Made by a program: the position numbers and the translations under genes. The notes below the pieces were generated by a model. It ran no database searches. It was not told where the DNA came from and was given only the letters and a program-made list of their open reading frames with translations. Below are positions 20,871 through 30,786 of a DNA stretch of 64,000 nt, piece by piece. The DNA comes from Wickerhamiella versatilis (Eukaryota): NCBI GenBank assembly GCA_030867685.1, contig JAQOWU010000007.1, positions 2,046,001 through 2,110,000 on the forward strand, written 5' to 3'. Position 1 is the stretch's first letter; every line of letters begins with the position of its first letter.

Positions 20871-23249
20871 ATGTGGTGGATTGGTATATTATCATTCTTC
20901 ATAGCGGTGCACGCCGCAACTAACGCATACAGTCAGGAAAAAGACATCATTTATGGGGAGGATGTGAGCACAATACAAGGACTGTCGCCTAGGGTGGATG
21001 CTGGTACAACCACTCATTTACCAGGTAAACTCAGAAACTATCTGTATTTGAGGTCACCCACTGAAGATGAAACCATACTGGCCTGGACTATACGAGGGTC
21101 AATCTGGGTGTCGCATGACCAAGGTGGTCAGTGGGAACAAGTGCTACCCGATGAAGATGCTGTACTGGTCGAAACATCTTTTTATCATCCGGATATGGTT
21201 TGGGTTGCGACTGAATCTGGTAAGCTCTTTGTTAGTGAGGACCGTGCGCATCACTTCTATGACAGCAATGCGCCACCTCCCAACATGCTCATGCCGACAG
21301 CTCTTAGCATTGATCGATCGAATGCGAAACGTGTTCTTCTTCACGCTCAGGATAACTGTGATGATGTTTTTGGTGACTGTCGTACTGATCTATGGTATAC
21401 AGAGGATTTAAGACAATGGAGACTTATTAAAAGGGATGTTACAAAATGCATGTGGGCGGGACTTGAGACAGCCCCAGAGTCTCTAATATACTGTCAAATA
21501 CCAGCGGGGGATGGCAATCATGCACTTGTGGCTTCAGAGGATTTTTTTAGAAGCAAGGAGGTGGAATTGATGCCAAAGCTTTATGCTGTAGCACTGGAGG
21601 ACCCATTTCTAGTAGCGGCAGTCCCTGGATCACACGGCACCGTCATGCTTCAGGTTTCGCAAGATGGGTATAACTTTTTCCCAGCAGTATATCCTGATGG
21701 ATTAGGAATTAATGAGCGCGTAGGATATACTGTGTTGAACAGTGAGACAAGGTCACTTCTGTTGTTCGCGACGGTTTCTTCTCATGCTGGCCAGGAGTTT
21801 GGTCCTATCTTGAAATCCAATTCTAATGGTACTCATTTGAGCCTGAGTTTGGAAAATGTGAATCGTGATAACTTCGGTTTTGTTGACTTTGAAAGAATAA
21901 AGTCAACAGAGGGCGCAGCTCTAGCTAATGTGATAGCGAATGCAGACGATGCAAAGCGTGGTGCACGAAAGAGAATACAGACTCGTATAACCCATTCAGA
22001 TGGTGCGTTTTGGGATCCTCTTCCTTCTCCTGATGATGGCGGTGAACCTTTGCAGCTACATGGGTATACAGAACGTAAAGATTTTCGTGATGAATCCTCT
22101 TCGGAGTCGGCCGTGGCGCTTATAATAGGATTGGGGAATACCGGTGAAGAACTGGGAGAAATAAGAAATGCTTCAACATATCTCTCATCTGATGCTGGCA
22201 TTACATGGCAAGAAGTTGCACCATTCCCAGCTCAGTGGGAAATCGGGGACAGTGGAGCCCTTCTTGTCTTGGTTGATACGTCGCAACCTACGAAAGAGCT
22301 TAGATATTCTTCAGACTTTGGAAAAACTTGGGATACTATGGAATTCAGCGACGAGTTTGTGGAGGTCATTGATATCAGCAGCATCCCTAGTGATGAGTCT
22401 CGTAAGTTTGTGATTTGGGCAATACCGCCTCCAGTGCGAGGTGATCAAACGGCAGTGATACAGGTTGATTTGAGCTCCCTTGCGCCTAAGAAATGCAAAG
22501 ATAGTGATTTTTATTTGTGGACTCCAGAACATCCCCGAAAGAATTCTAAATGTCTTTTTGGCCATGAAGCTAATTACCGTCGACGTAAGCCTGAAGCCAA
22601 ATGCTATATTGGAAAACATCCCCCTGAAAGTTTTAAGACTCTTCGTGATTGTAAATGTACTCGTGAGGACTTTGAGTGTGACATTGGATATGCCCTTGGT
22701 TCAGATGGGGCTTGCGTTCTTCAGGGTGAGGTGCCAACAAAAGAAATACAATGCGATCTTCCTGGTGCGATAGCTTGGCATGAAGTAACAGGATACCGGA
22801 AGGTACCAATTTCTACATGCGAAGGTGGCGAGCAGCTAGACAAACCAATGATATTTCCATGCCCTGGACGAGAGGAAGAATTTGAGAAGTTATTTGGCCG
22901 GCCTCCAATTGGACGCGGATTTGGTTCTTTCCTTTCAATACTCCTTTTCTTGCTCATTTTAGGTGCTGTAGGTGTCTGGATTATTATTGTATTTTTGCGT
23001 AAAGCACCTGGTGGTATTGTTCTGGGCGGTGGTGAAGAACCAGACCTTCCACCCTGGCTTGATCGCATTGCAAGTTTTGGAGCAAATGCTTGGTCTAGTA
23101 TTAGCTCCCTGCTGCCAGGCAGACAGTCACATCACTTGTATGAGCGCTTGGATGATGAAGAAAGATATCGGATACTTGAAGAAGAATATACCGAAGATCC
23201 TGATCTTGAACCAGAGCTTGAGGATGCAGAGGAGCTTGATGTAAATTAG
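20871..23249 (+). CDS. VPS10: Vps10/sortilin-family sorting receptor (single Vps10 domain)
   Basis: Signal peptide, Asp-box repeats (SHDQGGQW, SSDAGITW, SSDFGKTW), ILKSNSNGT, VDFERI, 10CC module (CLFGH, CKCTREDFECD, YRKVPISTCEGG), TM helix, acidic tail with YERL. Confidence 0.92.
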   Translation: MWWIGILSFFIAVHAATNAYSQEKDIIYGEDVSTIQGLSPRVDAGTTTHLPGKLRNYLYLRSPTEDETILAWTIRGSIWVSHDQGGQWEQVLPDEDAVLVETSFYHPDMVWVATESGKLFVSEDRAHHFYDSNAPPPNMLMPTALSIDRSNAKRVLLHAQDNCDDVFGDCRTDLWYTEDLRQWRLIKRDVTKCMWAGLETAPESLIYCQIPAGDGNHALVASEDFFRSKEVELMPKLYAVALEDPFLVAAVPGSHGTVMLQVSQDGYNFFPAVYPDGLGINERVGYTVLNSETRSLLLFATVSSHAGQEFGPILKSNSNGTHLSLSLENVNRDNFGFVDFERIKSTEGAALANVIANADDAKRGARKRIQTRITHSDGAFWDPLPSPDDGGEPLQLHGYTERKDFRDESSSESAVALIIGLGNTGEELGEIRNASTYLSSDAGITWQEVAPFPAQWEIGDSGALLVLVDTSQPTKELRYSSDFGKTWDTMEFSDEFVEVIDISSIPSDESRKFVIWAIPPPVRGDQTAVIQVDLSSLAPKKCKDSDFYLWTPEHPRKNSKCLFGHEANYRRRKPEAKCYIGKHPPESFKTLRDCKCTREDFECDIGYALGSDGACVLQGEVPTKEIQCDLPGAIAWHEVTGYRKVPISTCEGGEQLDKPMIFPCPGREEEFEKLFGRPPIGRGFGSFLSILLFLLILGAVGVWIIIVFLRKAPGGIVLGGGEEPDLPPWLDRIASFGANAWSSISSLLPGRQSHHLYERLDDEERYRILEEEYTEDPDLEPELEDAEELDVN

Positions 23250-23403
23250 TTTACTTGTATGCCAATTTTTATAAGAGTCAAACCACGATCAGTGGGTACT
23301 TAAATAACTATCGTGATCTAGCTGGAAGAACATCATGACTGAGCAGGCTGTGGGGACCACGTTGAACGTGTTATATCAATGTGAAATAATATTAAAAAAA
23401 TAA

Positions 23404-23423
23404 TAACTAACTAACTAACTAAC
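23404..23423. repeat. (TAAC)5 microsatellite
   Basis: taactaactaactaactaac read directly. Confidence 0.85.
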
Positions 23424-24174
23424 TCAACAATGCTATGACGTTATGCATTATGCAACTATTATTGTCCATTTCATGTAGCTCACCAGATAGAGTTGGTCTC
23501 TAACCGTACACCTTGAAATCCCACATGCCATTATCTGAGTGATACCATTAACAATTGACTCACCCTGAGCCGCTTCCCCGCTTTCTTTTTTTTTGCCCGC
23601 TATTTGGCTATTGCACCACCTGGGAGGAGGTATGCCGGCGATGAAGGCTTAAGGTGAGCTCCTCCTGTGTCACTCTTCATTCCATATTGTTGCTATTAGC
23701 GCAGCCTCCTCTTCCCATTTTTAGTGCGGTCACCTTCTTAACCTCCACAGTCCATCACTTCCTTATGCTTCTGCCTCGGTTTCCTCGCTGCCTTTGAGCA
23801 ACTCAACAAGCATCAAAGAGTCATCTATTGAATACCGCTATACGGCTGCTTGCAAAGTTGTGATAAGTGGCTTTGAGAAATCAAAATGAGGAGAGAAGCT
23901 GGAAGAGTGCACATTAGGTGGTAGAGAAGTTACCCGCGGGGGGAAGAGTCATGCTGCAGGGTGCAACGTGGAAATCCAAAATGACTCAATTGGAGCTCCT
24001 ATATACAATTTTTTTTTCGCCGGCACACCTGTAGAGTTCAGGTGGCATGTACAATATAGTTGTCAAATAGTCAAGCTTTCTTTTTTTTTCTTTTTTTTTG
24101 CGGGGAAAATATAAAAATTCTCGGCTTTTCTGGGTGGTTGAATTGTCAATTGTTAGAATATGGTGTTACACCAC

Positions 24175-25866
24175 TCAGGTCAATGCACTGGCAAAGAAAT
24201 AGTGGTCGGAAACATTCCAAGGTACGATTACTTGCTGGCCATCTCGAGTATATTCGATGGCAGACCGTGTGAAATTGCCGAGCTTTGGGGGGCCACTTTT
24301 AAAAGTGACATTATCGGCAGGTTGCGTAACATTCCACTTGATTTGGTCGAGCTTACAAGTTTGTTCCTGTGCATCAGACTGAAACAACGATGCTGGTAGC
24401 GTTGTCTTCTTGAATATTTCTGCACGTGGAACTGGACTAGTTGTGTTATTGAAGTTGCTGATCGCTTGAAGGATGAGTAGCAAAGAAAGGAGAATGATGA
24501 GGAGGTCTTTCATTGAGAAGCTCCATTTTGGCTTCTTATTAGATTCATCCGTGCCTGGATTCTCGGTATTTTTCAGGCTACGGATCTCCTCTTTAATATT
24601 CGCCAGCGATCGCATAACGTGTTCTGCAGCACCGAATTCACCTTCATAGCAGAAGACAGTAATTTTGTTGTTGAGTTCTTGTTCTTGCTGCTCCAATTCA
24701 CGTAGATATGATGAAGATGAATAGTAGACGTTGTTGTCGGTGGTGCTTAGCATTTGTGCAAGATTGTTACGTCCTTCGTAGATTGATTGCTTGATCCAGG
24801 AGCTGATGTTGCGAGCCAACGAGGTAACCGACGTGTAGAGAGCGGTTGCCGTTGTCTTCAAAGCAATGTAGGGCAGCACTATAAGCAGCAGTATAAGATT
24901 TCTTGTGAGCCTCATCAGCCTAAATGCAATAACTGATGGAATGGCTAACAGACACTGGATCATAAATGAACAGACAGTAACAATGGTGCACTTGATTGAG
25001 CTGATAGTAGTGCCGGTTATTCGAATTGTCCGGCTAACAGCGATACAAAGTGACTCATAAAGAGTATTCAAGCCGCGATAAAGCATAGGGGGCAGAATGA
25101 AGCCAAGGAAATATGCTACGGCGTATATTAACCAGAAGGCACCAATTGCAAGATCGATGTAGCCCTGTGTGATAGGTATGTCACGTATCGCGATCATTGC
25201 CATAGATGCAAAGCAATGTAATTCTTCGAGCAATACTTGACTCACTGATTTGACTACACCAAACATGATAATGAACTTGCAACGGGCCACGAGGAAAGCG
25301 CATTTCAGCTTTCCCATCAATGACAGAGAGGACGATAAGACAAAACCAATTGTGGTTTTGACTACAAAGCGGATAAACAGGAAAGCGAGGAATCCCATAA
25401 CTAGAAACGACTGATAGACCCATGTTATATTACCGATAAACCTTTGCTTGCGATACAATGCCCAGCGCGTGGCATTCTTGCCGATGCGTCGCTTGGTTTT
25501 CGCAATACGTTTATCCATCATCGGGGCGCCATGTTTCAAGAAGTAGTCCACTTGGTGTGTTGCAAATACCCAGAGAAATGCGCCGATAGCCAATGGTCCA
25601 GAATTGAGCATAGACCATCTGAATACCGGTTGCATGATTAACCAGTATGCACATTCGTGCTGGAGAATGACTGCGAGCATGAAGAGACCGAAGGGAATCA
25701 TTTTAGTTCCAGTTCGGGGGTGGACGTAAAGATGGAAGAATTGGGATGAATTGCGGTTATTTATGCCTTTTTTCCAATGTTCGCGCCGGGTTGAGGGCAG
25801 GGTTCGGGTTTGGTCCCAGAAGGGTAAATCTTGTACACTTTGAATATTTTTGTCTAAAAAGGGCAT
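24175..25866 (-). CDS. Orphan multi-pass membrane protein (563 aa)
   Basis: Uninterrupted 1.7-kb ORF with several hydrophobic segments, a coiled coil, a final TM helix and a sequon-rich C-terminus; no family recognised. Confidence 0.75.
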   Translation of the reverse strand: MPFLDKNIQSVQDLPFWDQTRTLPSTRREHWKKGINNRNSSQFFHLYVHPRTGTKMIPFGLFMLAVILQHECAYWLIMQPVFRWSMLNSGPLAIGAFLWVFATHQVDYFLKHGAPMMDKRIAKTKRRIGKNATRWALYRKQRFIGNITWVYQSFLVMGFLAFLFIRFVVKTTIGFVLSSSLSLMGKLKCAFLVARCKFIIMFGVVKSVSQVLLEELHCFASMAMIAIRDIPITQGYIDLAIGAFWLIYAVAYFLGFILPPMLYRGLNTLYESLCIAVSRTIRITGTTISSIKCTIVTVCSFMIQCLLAIPSVIAFRLMRLTRNLILLLIVLPYIALKTTATALYTSVTSLARNISSWIKQSIYEGRNNLAQMLSTTDNNVYYSSSSYLRELEQQEQELNNKITVFCYEGEFGAAEHVMRSLANIKEEIRSLKNTENPGTDESNKKPKWSFSMKDLLIILLSLLLILQAISNFNNTTSPVPRAEIFKKTTLPASLFQSDAQEQTCKLDQIKWNVTQPADNVTFKSGPPKLGNFTRSAIEYTRDGQQVIVPWNVSDHYFFASALT

Positions 25867-26444
25867 TACAACAACCAGAAAGGGTAAATTGATAGAAATT
25901 CAATACTTTATTAGGTTATGGACCCATCCTTAAACTTGAGGGACAATGGTTAAATCCCACAATTCAAAGCCTTTCGAACCACAATAGTACGCAATGAGCT
26001 CTCTAGCTTAAAGCGGATCAGCAACTTATATTGATAACTGGCAAAAAATTGTAATGGCACTCTCACTTCATATGAAGATATCGCGAATAGTTTCCCAAGA
26101 CCTGAATGTCAAATTCTCTCCAGTATTTCTCATACTATATGACTGGCCTACTGGATTATAATTAATCTCTATCAGACCTCTAGTCTAGTACAGGATCAAA
26201 AAATAGTTTGTAAAGTTCTAGATCGAGGCCAGCTTTATCTACTTTTATGCCAATTGATTTCTGAGGACGGAGCTATACGTGAGTCGAAGTGTATACGTAC
26301 GTACAGTGAAAACATTATCGAAATATATCGTAGCCTGGCAAATTATAGGAGGCTAAAATTAATTGATATTCATAAACGATCATTCAAAGTGGATTTCACG
26401 GAAAAAGCAGCAAACAAAGAGTTGACTGCGTTCTTGAGATAGAA

Positions 26445-26894
26445 TCATTTTTTTGGTCTGCGCTTGATTTGTGCCTGGTTGTATACCCAATCGGCCTTGG
26501 CAGGGCCTATATTCTCCGTGAGGATATCAAGTGATGGAAAAATGCCTTTGACCGTAGCTACTACGGATACATCTGCCCCTAGTACCACGCTCAAACGCTG
26601 TGATGCTCCTTTTGGCAAAGCGACAAGACGTACCTTCAAAGCAGCACTTGCTATACCAAGTGGTTGCGCAAGTTGTGCAGGGATGTCACTTCTGCAAACA
26701 AAGATTGCGAAGATGTTTTCACGATTCTCTAGAGCCTCCATGACTGAATTAAATCCAACATAAACAGGGAGTCCAAGATCCCCTCCGCGAACACGAATAA
26801 GAAGGGTCTCTAGTTCACTAGTTATAGATCCCCCTATTTCGCCATTTATCTCTGGCCAGACGGGCTTGGCCAGAGGATCCGCTAGAGCACTCAT
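26445..26894 (-). CDS. POP3: RNase P/MRP subunit Pop3 (L7Ae-like)
   Basis: VGFNSVMEALE, IFVCRSD, RLVALPKGASQRLS. Confidence 0.82.
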   Translation of the reverse strand: MSALADPLAKPVWPEINGEIGGSITSELETLLIRVRGGDLGLPVYVGFNSVMEALENRENIFAIFVCRSDIPAQLAQPLGIASAALKVRLVALPKGASQRLSVVLGADVSVVATVKGIFPSLDILTENIGPAKADWVYNQAQIKRRPKK

Positions 26895-26930
26895 ACCAGG
26901 GTTTGGGTAACAAAGGCCCTTCTCGCTGGG

Positions 26931-26960
26931 AACACGCGCCCGACATTAAGTCGCGTCACG
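26931..26960. promoter_or_regulatory. MCB-like (ACGCG) elements in the POP3/SMC1 bidirectional promoter
   Basis: ACGCG at 26934-26938 and TCGCGT at 26951-26956; consistent with G1/S control of cohesin genes (inference). Confidence 0.4.
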
Positions 26961-26978
26961 TAAGACCCCCCAGAAATA

Positions 26979-29900
26979 ATGTCGCGTCTTCAGAGCTTGA
27001 CGCTTCACAATTTCAAAAGCTTTGCGGGAACCACGCGGGTTGATCTGCGTGCACGTAGTGAGGGAGAATTTACCTCAATAATGGGTCCTAATGGCAGCGG
27101 TAAAAGTAATCTCATGGACGCGCTTGCATTCGTCATTGGTACGCCTGTGGGTGATTTACGCTGCCATTCATCGCAGGATCTATGTTTTGATGGTACAACA
27201 GCGGCTTGGGTTGAAGCTTCGCTTAATATTGATGGTAGTTTGAAGATATTTCGACGCAAAGTTCTTGGTGGTTACGAAATCGATGGCTCTGAGACCACAG
27301 AAAGCATGTATCGCTCTGAATGGACGAAAATCGGGGTATCTTCGCAGGCTCTGGTGTATCAAGGTGATGTCGAAAGGTTGGCGACAATGTCACCGAAGGA
27401 ATTGACTGCGCTGATGGAAGAAAGCAACCATTCTAGGTACGACGAGCTTTCAGAAGAGCGCGATGATGTATCCAAGGAGCTAAGCTTAATAGAGAGTGAG
27501 CGCAGACTGGCTAGTGATGATGTTGAGGAGTGCAGCCAAGTAGTAGCGACGAATGAGACTGCATCAGGACTTAAGCTACAGCTGCAGAAGAGTGTAAAGC
27601 GTTATTATGACTTGAGTTTCAAGGCCCAGGAGTGTCGAAGGAATGAAATCAAATCCGAACTACGTGTTTCTAAGGATCGAGCGCGTCGGGCGAGGGAAGC
27701 ACGGGAACTCGCAGATGCAGATCGACGAAGAGCACAGCGAGCGTTCGCAGAGGTTAGAAGGCAGCTGGAGCGTGCAAGACGAGCAGAGGCGGAGGCTGCT
27801 TCTGAAATCGCTGACGCACAGAGAGGAGGCGCACCTGCGGCGCGTAAGGCGGCATTGGCCCGTGAGGAGAGTGAAGCGCTTTCTTCCATGATAAGCATAG
27901 CTCATAATGAAGTCGAGACTGCGGAAAAAGAATTATTGCATTCGCAAGAGTTAAGCCGCAATGTGTCCCGAGCAGCCGCGCAAATACCGGCAGCTTTGCG
28001 CCAACTGCACGCAGATCTACAGGCAAAATGGATGGCCGAACATGCAGAAGAAGCCACCAGAGCTGCATCAGTCAAGCTTTCGGTGATAAATGCTCGTCAG
28101 ACGTCGTCAGCAGCTTCGGCAGACCTAGTAGAGGCTCGGCGACATCGGGATGAACTTGATGATAGACGGAAGCTGGTTGAGCAGAAACTCAAGGCTCGGG
28201 AGGAACAACGGGATGATACAACGCAGCGTCTTCATGAGATTCGCGAAGAGTTGAAGGAGATTGCCACAGCGGGTCAAGATTTAGCTCAGAAGAAACAAGA
28301 ATTAGGGTCAAAACTGAAGGAAGCACAAGAGAATCAGCGCGTTGTGGATGAAGGTCGACAGGACAGAGAGAGACAAACCAAAATGCTTACGACTCTTGAC
28401 TTTTTGAGGCAACAGTGCCCAGGTGTTCGTGATACTGTTGGTGGTCTTTTGACTCCCCAAAATCGGAGCGATGCACCTGGACTCGACCGTCTACTGGGTC
28501 GCCACTTTGATTCCATAGTAGTGGATACCCGTGAGACTGCGCTTGCTTGTGTCGAGCTTCTAAAATCAGAGCAGCGTGGTCAATTCACTTTTCTCGCCCT
28601 GGACAGGTTGAAAGTACCTCATATTGATGCATCTCTCAGGCGACGCGCTGATGTGCGCTTGGCGTTAGATTCTGTTTCTGGTTCTGCGACTAATCCTACT
28701 GTTCGCCTAGTTGGTGCATATGTTCTTAGAGATGCTTGTTTTGTGGAGAGCGTATCTATGGCCATGAATCTTCGCCGTGAAGACTCTAGTCTCCGTGGTA
28801 TTCGGATGGCAACACCCGAAGGTGCTCTGGTAAGTGGATCAGGGCTTGTGAGTGGTGGCGAACCAAATCGCCGATTTGGCTCACGAAATGCAGCCAGTGC
28901 CCAGCGTAAGGTCAGGAACTTGGGTCAGCAGCTCCAGCAAGTCATTGATACCATTGAAGGGTGCGGGGATCGTGAAGAGACTGCCAATGGCGATATTGCG
29001 CGCCTGACGCGATTGGAGGAAAGCCTTGGATCTGAGATTGAAACTCTACAGGCTAATTTATCGTCTCTCACTAAAGATCTTGAGTATTATGTACAAAAGA
29101 CTTCCACGTCCGAAGAGCGTGCAACAGCATTACTTGAAAATTTACAGAAGGCTGAGAACGAGCTTAAGACTTTGAGTGATTCTAGGGAAAAGTTCTTCAC
29201 TCCTTTTACCAGGGAAGCCAAATGTAACTTGTCAGATTATGAGAAGATTGAGTCTAGTGGCGAACTGGCTCGACATCAACGTCGTGTTGAGGATGCCGTG
29301 CAGCAGGCTCAAGACAAGTTAGATGGTGCAAAAGGCCGTCTTGACTCACTTGAAAAATCACGGTCAGCTCTTGAATCGGCAGCGGAGAGGTATGAATCCG
29401 AAGCTGCGGAGACAGATCCTCAGGTTGCTCTAAACAGGCGTCGTGCAGCCCAGACCCGCATGTCACAGTTGCGCGAACTTTTAGAAGAACGGCATGATGA
29501 GCTGCGATCATTCGAGGAGGCTGCAGAATCCCTTGGAGAGCCTGTAACCAGAGCAGAGCATGATGTTGATCGCTTCAACGAGCTCCTCCGTAAATGCCGC
29601 GATGAATATAGGAAGCTAGCCAAACATGCTAACTCCGATGGTGCTTATGTGCCCCCGTTTGACCGTGATGCGGAGTCCCAAGAGCAAGGAGACTCTGATG
29701 AAAGCGAAAGCGAAGAGTCTGATGCTGAATACGAAGAACCCATGGATGAAGATGAAGATGAGGATGAAGATGTCGAGGAAAGAATGGAGCAAGATAACCC
29801 TACGACAGCATCTCTTAGTGACCTTGAAAAAAGAGCTCAGGTTGAGAAAGATCAAATGGGAGAGATCAGCTCCAAACTTGCAGCTCTGGCGACCTCGCGT

Positions 29901-30488
29901 CAAGCTGAATCTCAGTTGAGCCAGGCCTCTAAACGGCTTGCTTCGGGTGAGGCTAAGTTACGAGAGCTACGGGATCGCTTGTCATCTATAGAATTGGAAC
30001 TATCCCAGGCCCGTTCTGAAAGAGCAAACAAACTAAATACCACTATCAACAAGGTATCAGAGGCTGTGTCAGAAGTCTATCGTAAGCTCACCAGGGATGG
30101 GCTTGGTGAAGCGTCAATTACTGCTGTTAATAGCGACGAGCCATGGTCTGATGGCGTGGTTTTCAGTGTGATGCCGCCCCGGAAGCCCAGTGGTCCTTTA
30201 TCACGCCTAAGTGGAGGCGAGCGCGCTGTAGCGAGTCTGGCTTTGCTACTTGCACTTCATCGCATACAACCATCACCATTTTTGGCGCTTGACGAGGTGG
30301 ATGCAGCACTTGACTTTGACAATGTCGCTATGGTAGGCCAGCATCTCGCAAAATGCTGCCCTAACGTCCAGTTATTAGTGATATCACACTCCCCAAGAAC
30401 TTTCCGGCAAGCGGACAGCTTGGTAGGTGTATATCAAACCCCGCTTAAGGCAGGTTCAAGAATCCTTACATGGGCGATCACTGCATAA
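26979..30488 (+). CDS. SMC1: Cohesin SMC subunit, Smc1-type, highly divergent
   Basis: NFKSF, Walker A GPNGSGKSNLMDA, YQGDVE, hinge (LGRHFDSIVVD, GLVSGG), LSGGE signature, QPSPFLALDEVDAALD, ADSLVGVY. Confidence 0.88.
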   Translation: MSRLQSLTLHNFKSFAGTTRVDLRARSEGEFTSIMGPNGSGKSNLMDALAFVIGTPVGDLRCHSSQDLCFDGTTAAWVEASLNIDGSLKIFRRKVLGGYEIDGSETTESMYRSEWTKIGVSSQALVYQGDVERLATMSPKELTALMEESNHSRYDELSEERDDVSKELSLIESERRLASDDVEECSQVVATNETASGLKLQLQKSVKRYYDLSFKAQECRRNEIKSELRVSKDRARRAREARELADADRRRAQRAFAEVRRQLERARRAEAEAASEIADAQRGGAPAARKAALAREESEALSSMISIAHNEVETAEKELLHSQELSRNVSRAAAQIPAALRQLHADLQAKWMAEHAEEATRAASVKLSVINARQTSSAASADLVEARRHRDELDDRRKLVEQKLKAREEQRDDTTQRLHEIREELKEIATAGQDLAQKKQELGSKLKEAQENQRVVDEGRQDRERQTKMLTTLDFLRQQCPGVRDTVGGLLTPQNRSDAPGLDRLLGRHFDSIVVDTRETALACVELLKSEQRGQFTFLALDRLKVPHIDASLRRRADVRLALDSVSGSATNPTVRLVGAYVLRDACFVESVSMAMNLRREDSSLRGIRMATPEGALVSGSGLVSGGEPNRRFGSRNAASAQRKVRNLGQQLQQVIDTIEGCGDREETANGDIARLTRLEESLGSEIETLQANLSSLTKDLEYYVQKTSTSEERATALLENLQKAENELKTLSDSREKFFTPFTREAKCNLSDYEKIESSGELARHQRRVEDAVQQAQDKLDGAKGRLDSLEKSRSALESAAERYESEAAETDPQVALNRRRAAQTRMSQLRELLEERHDELRSFEEAAESLGEPVTRAEHDVDRFNELLRKCRDEYRKLAKHANSDGAYVPPFDRDAESQEQGDSDESESEESDAEYEEPMDEDEDEDEDVEERMEQDNPTTASLSDLEKRAQVEKDQMGEISSKLAALATSRQAESQLSQASKRLASGEAKLRELRDRLSSIELELSQARSERANKLNTTINKVSEAVSEVYRKLTRDGLGEASITAVNSDEPWSDGVVFSVMPPRKPSGPLSRLSGGERAVASLALLLALHRIQPSPFLALDEVDAALDFDNVAMVGQHLAKCCPNVQLLVISHSPRTFRQADSLVGVYQTPLKAGSRILTWAITA

Positions 30489-30786
30489 TTTAAACACATA
30501 ATTTTTGGATTAACATCATATGAAACTGAATCATAACTTATTAACAATATACATCGTACTATCTGAGAACGCCAAATTGATTATCATAAGAATTTTTAGG
30601 ACAACCTAGCAGATAAGGGAATATTTTTTCTTGAGGCTACGCATTGTTATAAAGTTTTTGAATCCTGAATGCAAGTCCAAGTCTGTAATCTTCTCTTTCC
30701 CTAAGACATATATACTGCCGAGATATCTACCCTAACATCTGGTGGAACAGCTATGCTTTGTGTGAAGGGGTTTTTTCTTCCTAATT

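Noticed and set aside
23550-23990. Minus-strand stretch with coding-like composition, a possible transposon or gene relic
   Set aside because: Frequent stops, no recognisable domain, and no terminal repeats or target-site duplication found.
26050-26058. TGTAATGGC, resembling the fungal SRP RNA Alu motif
   Set aside because: Flanks are AT-rich and unstructured, and no helix-8 motif follows.
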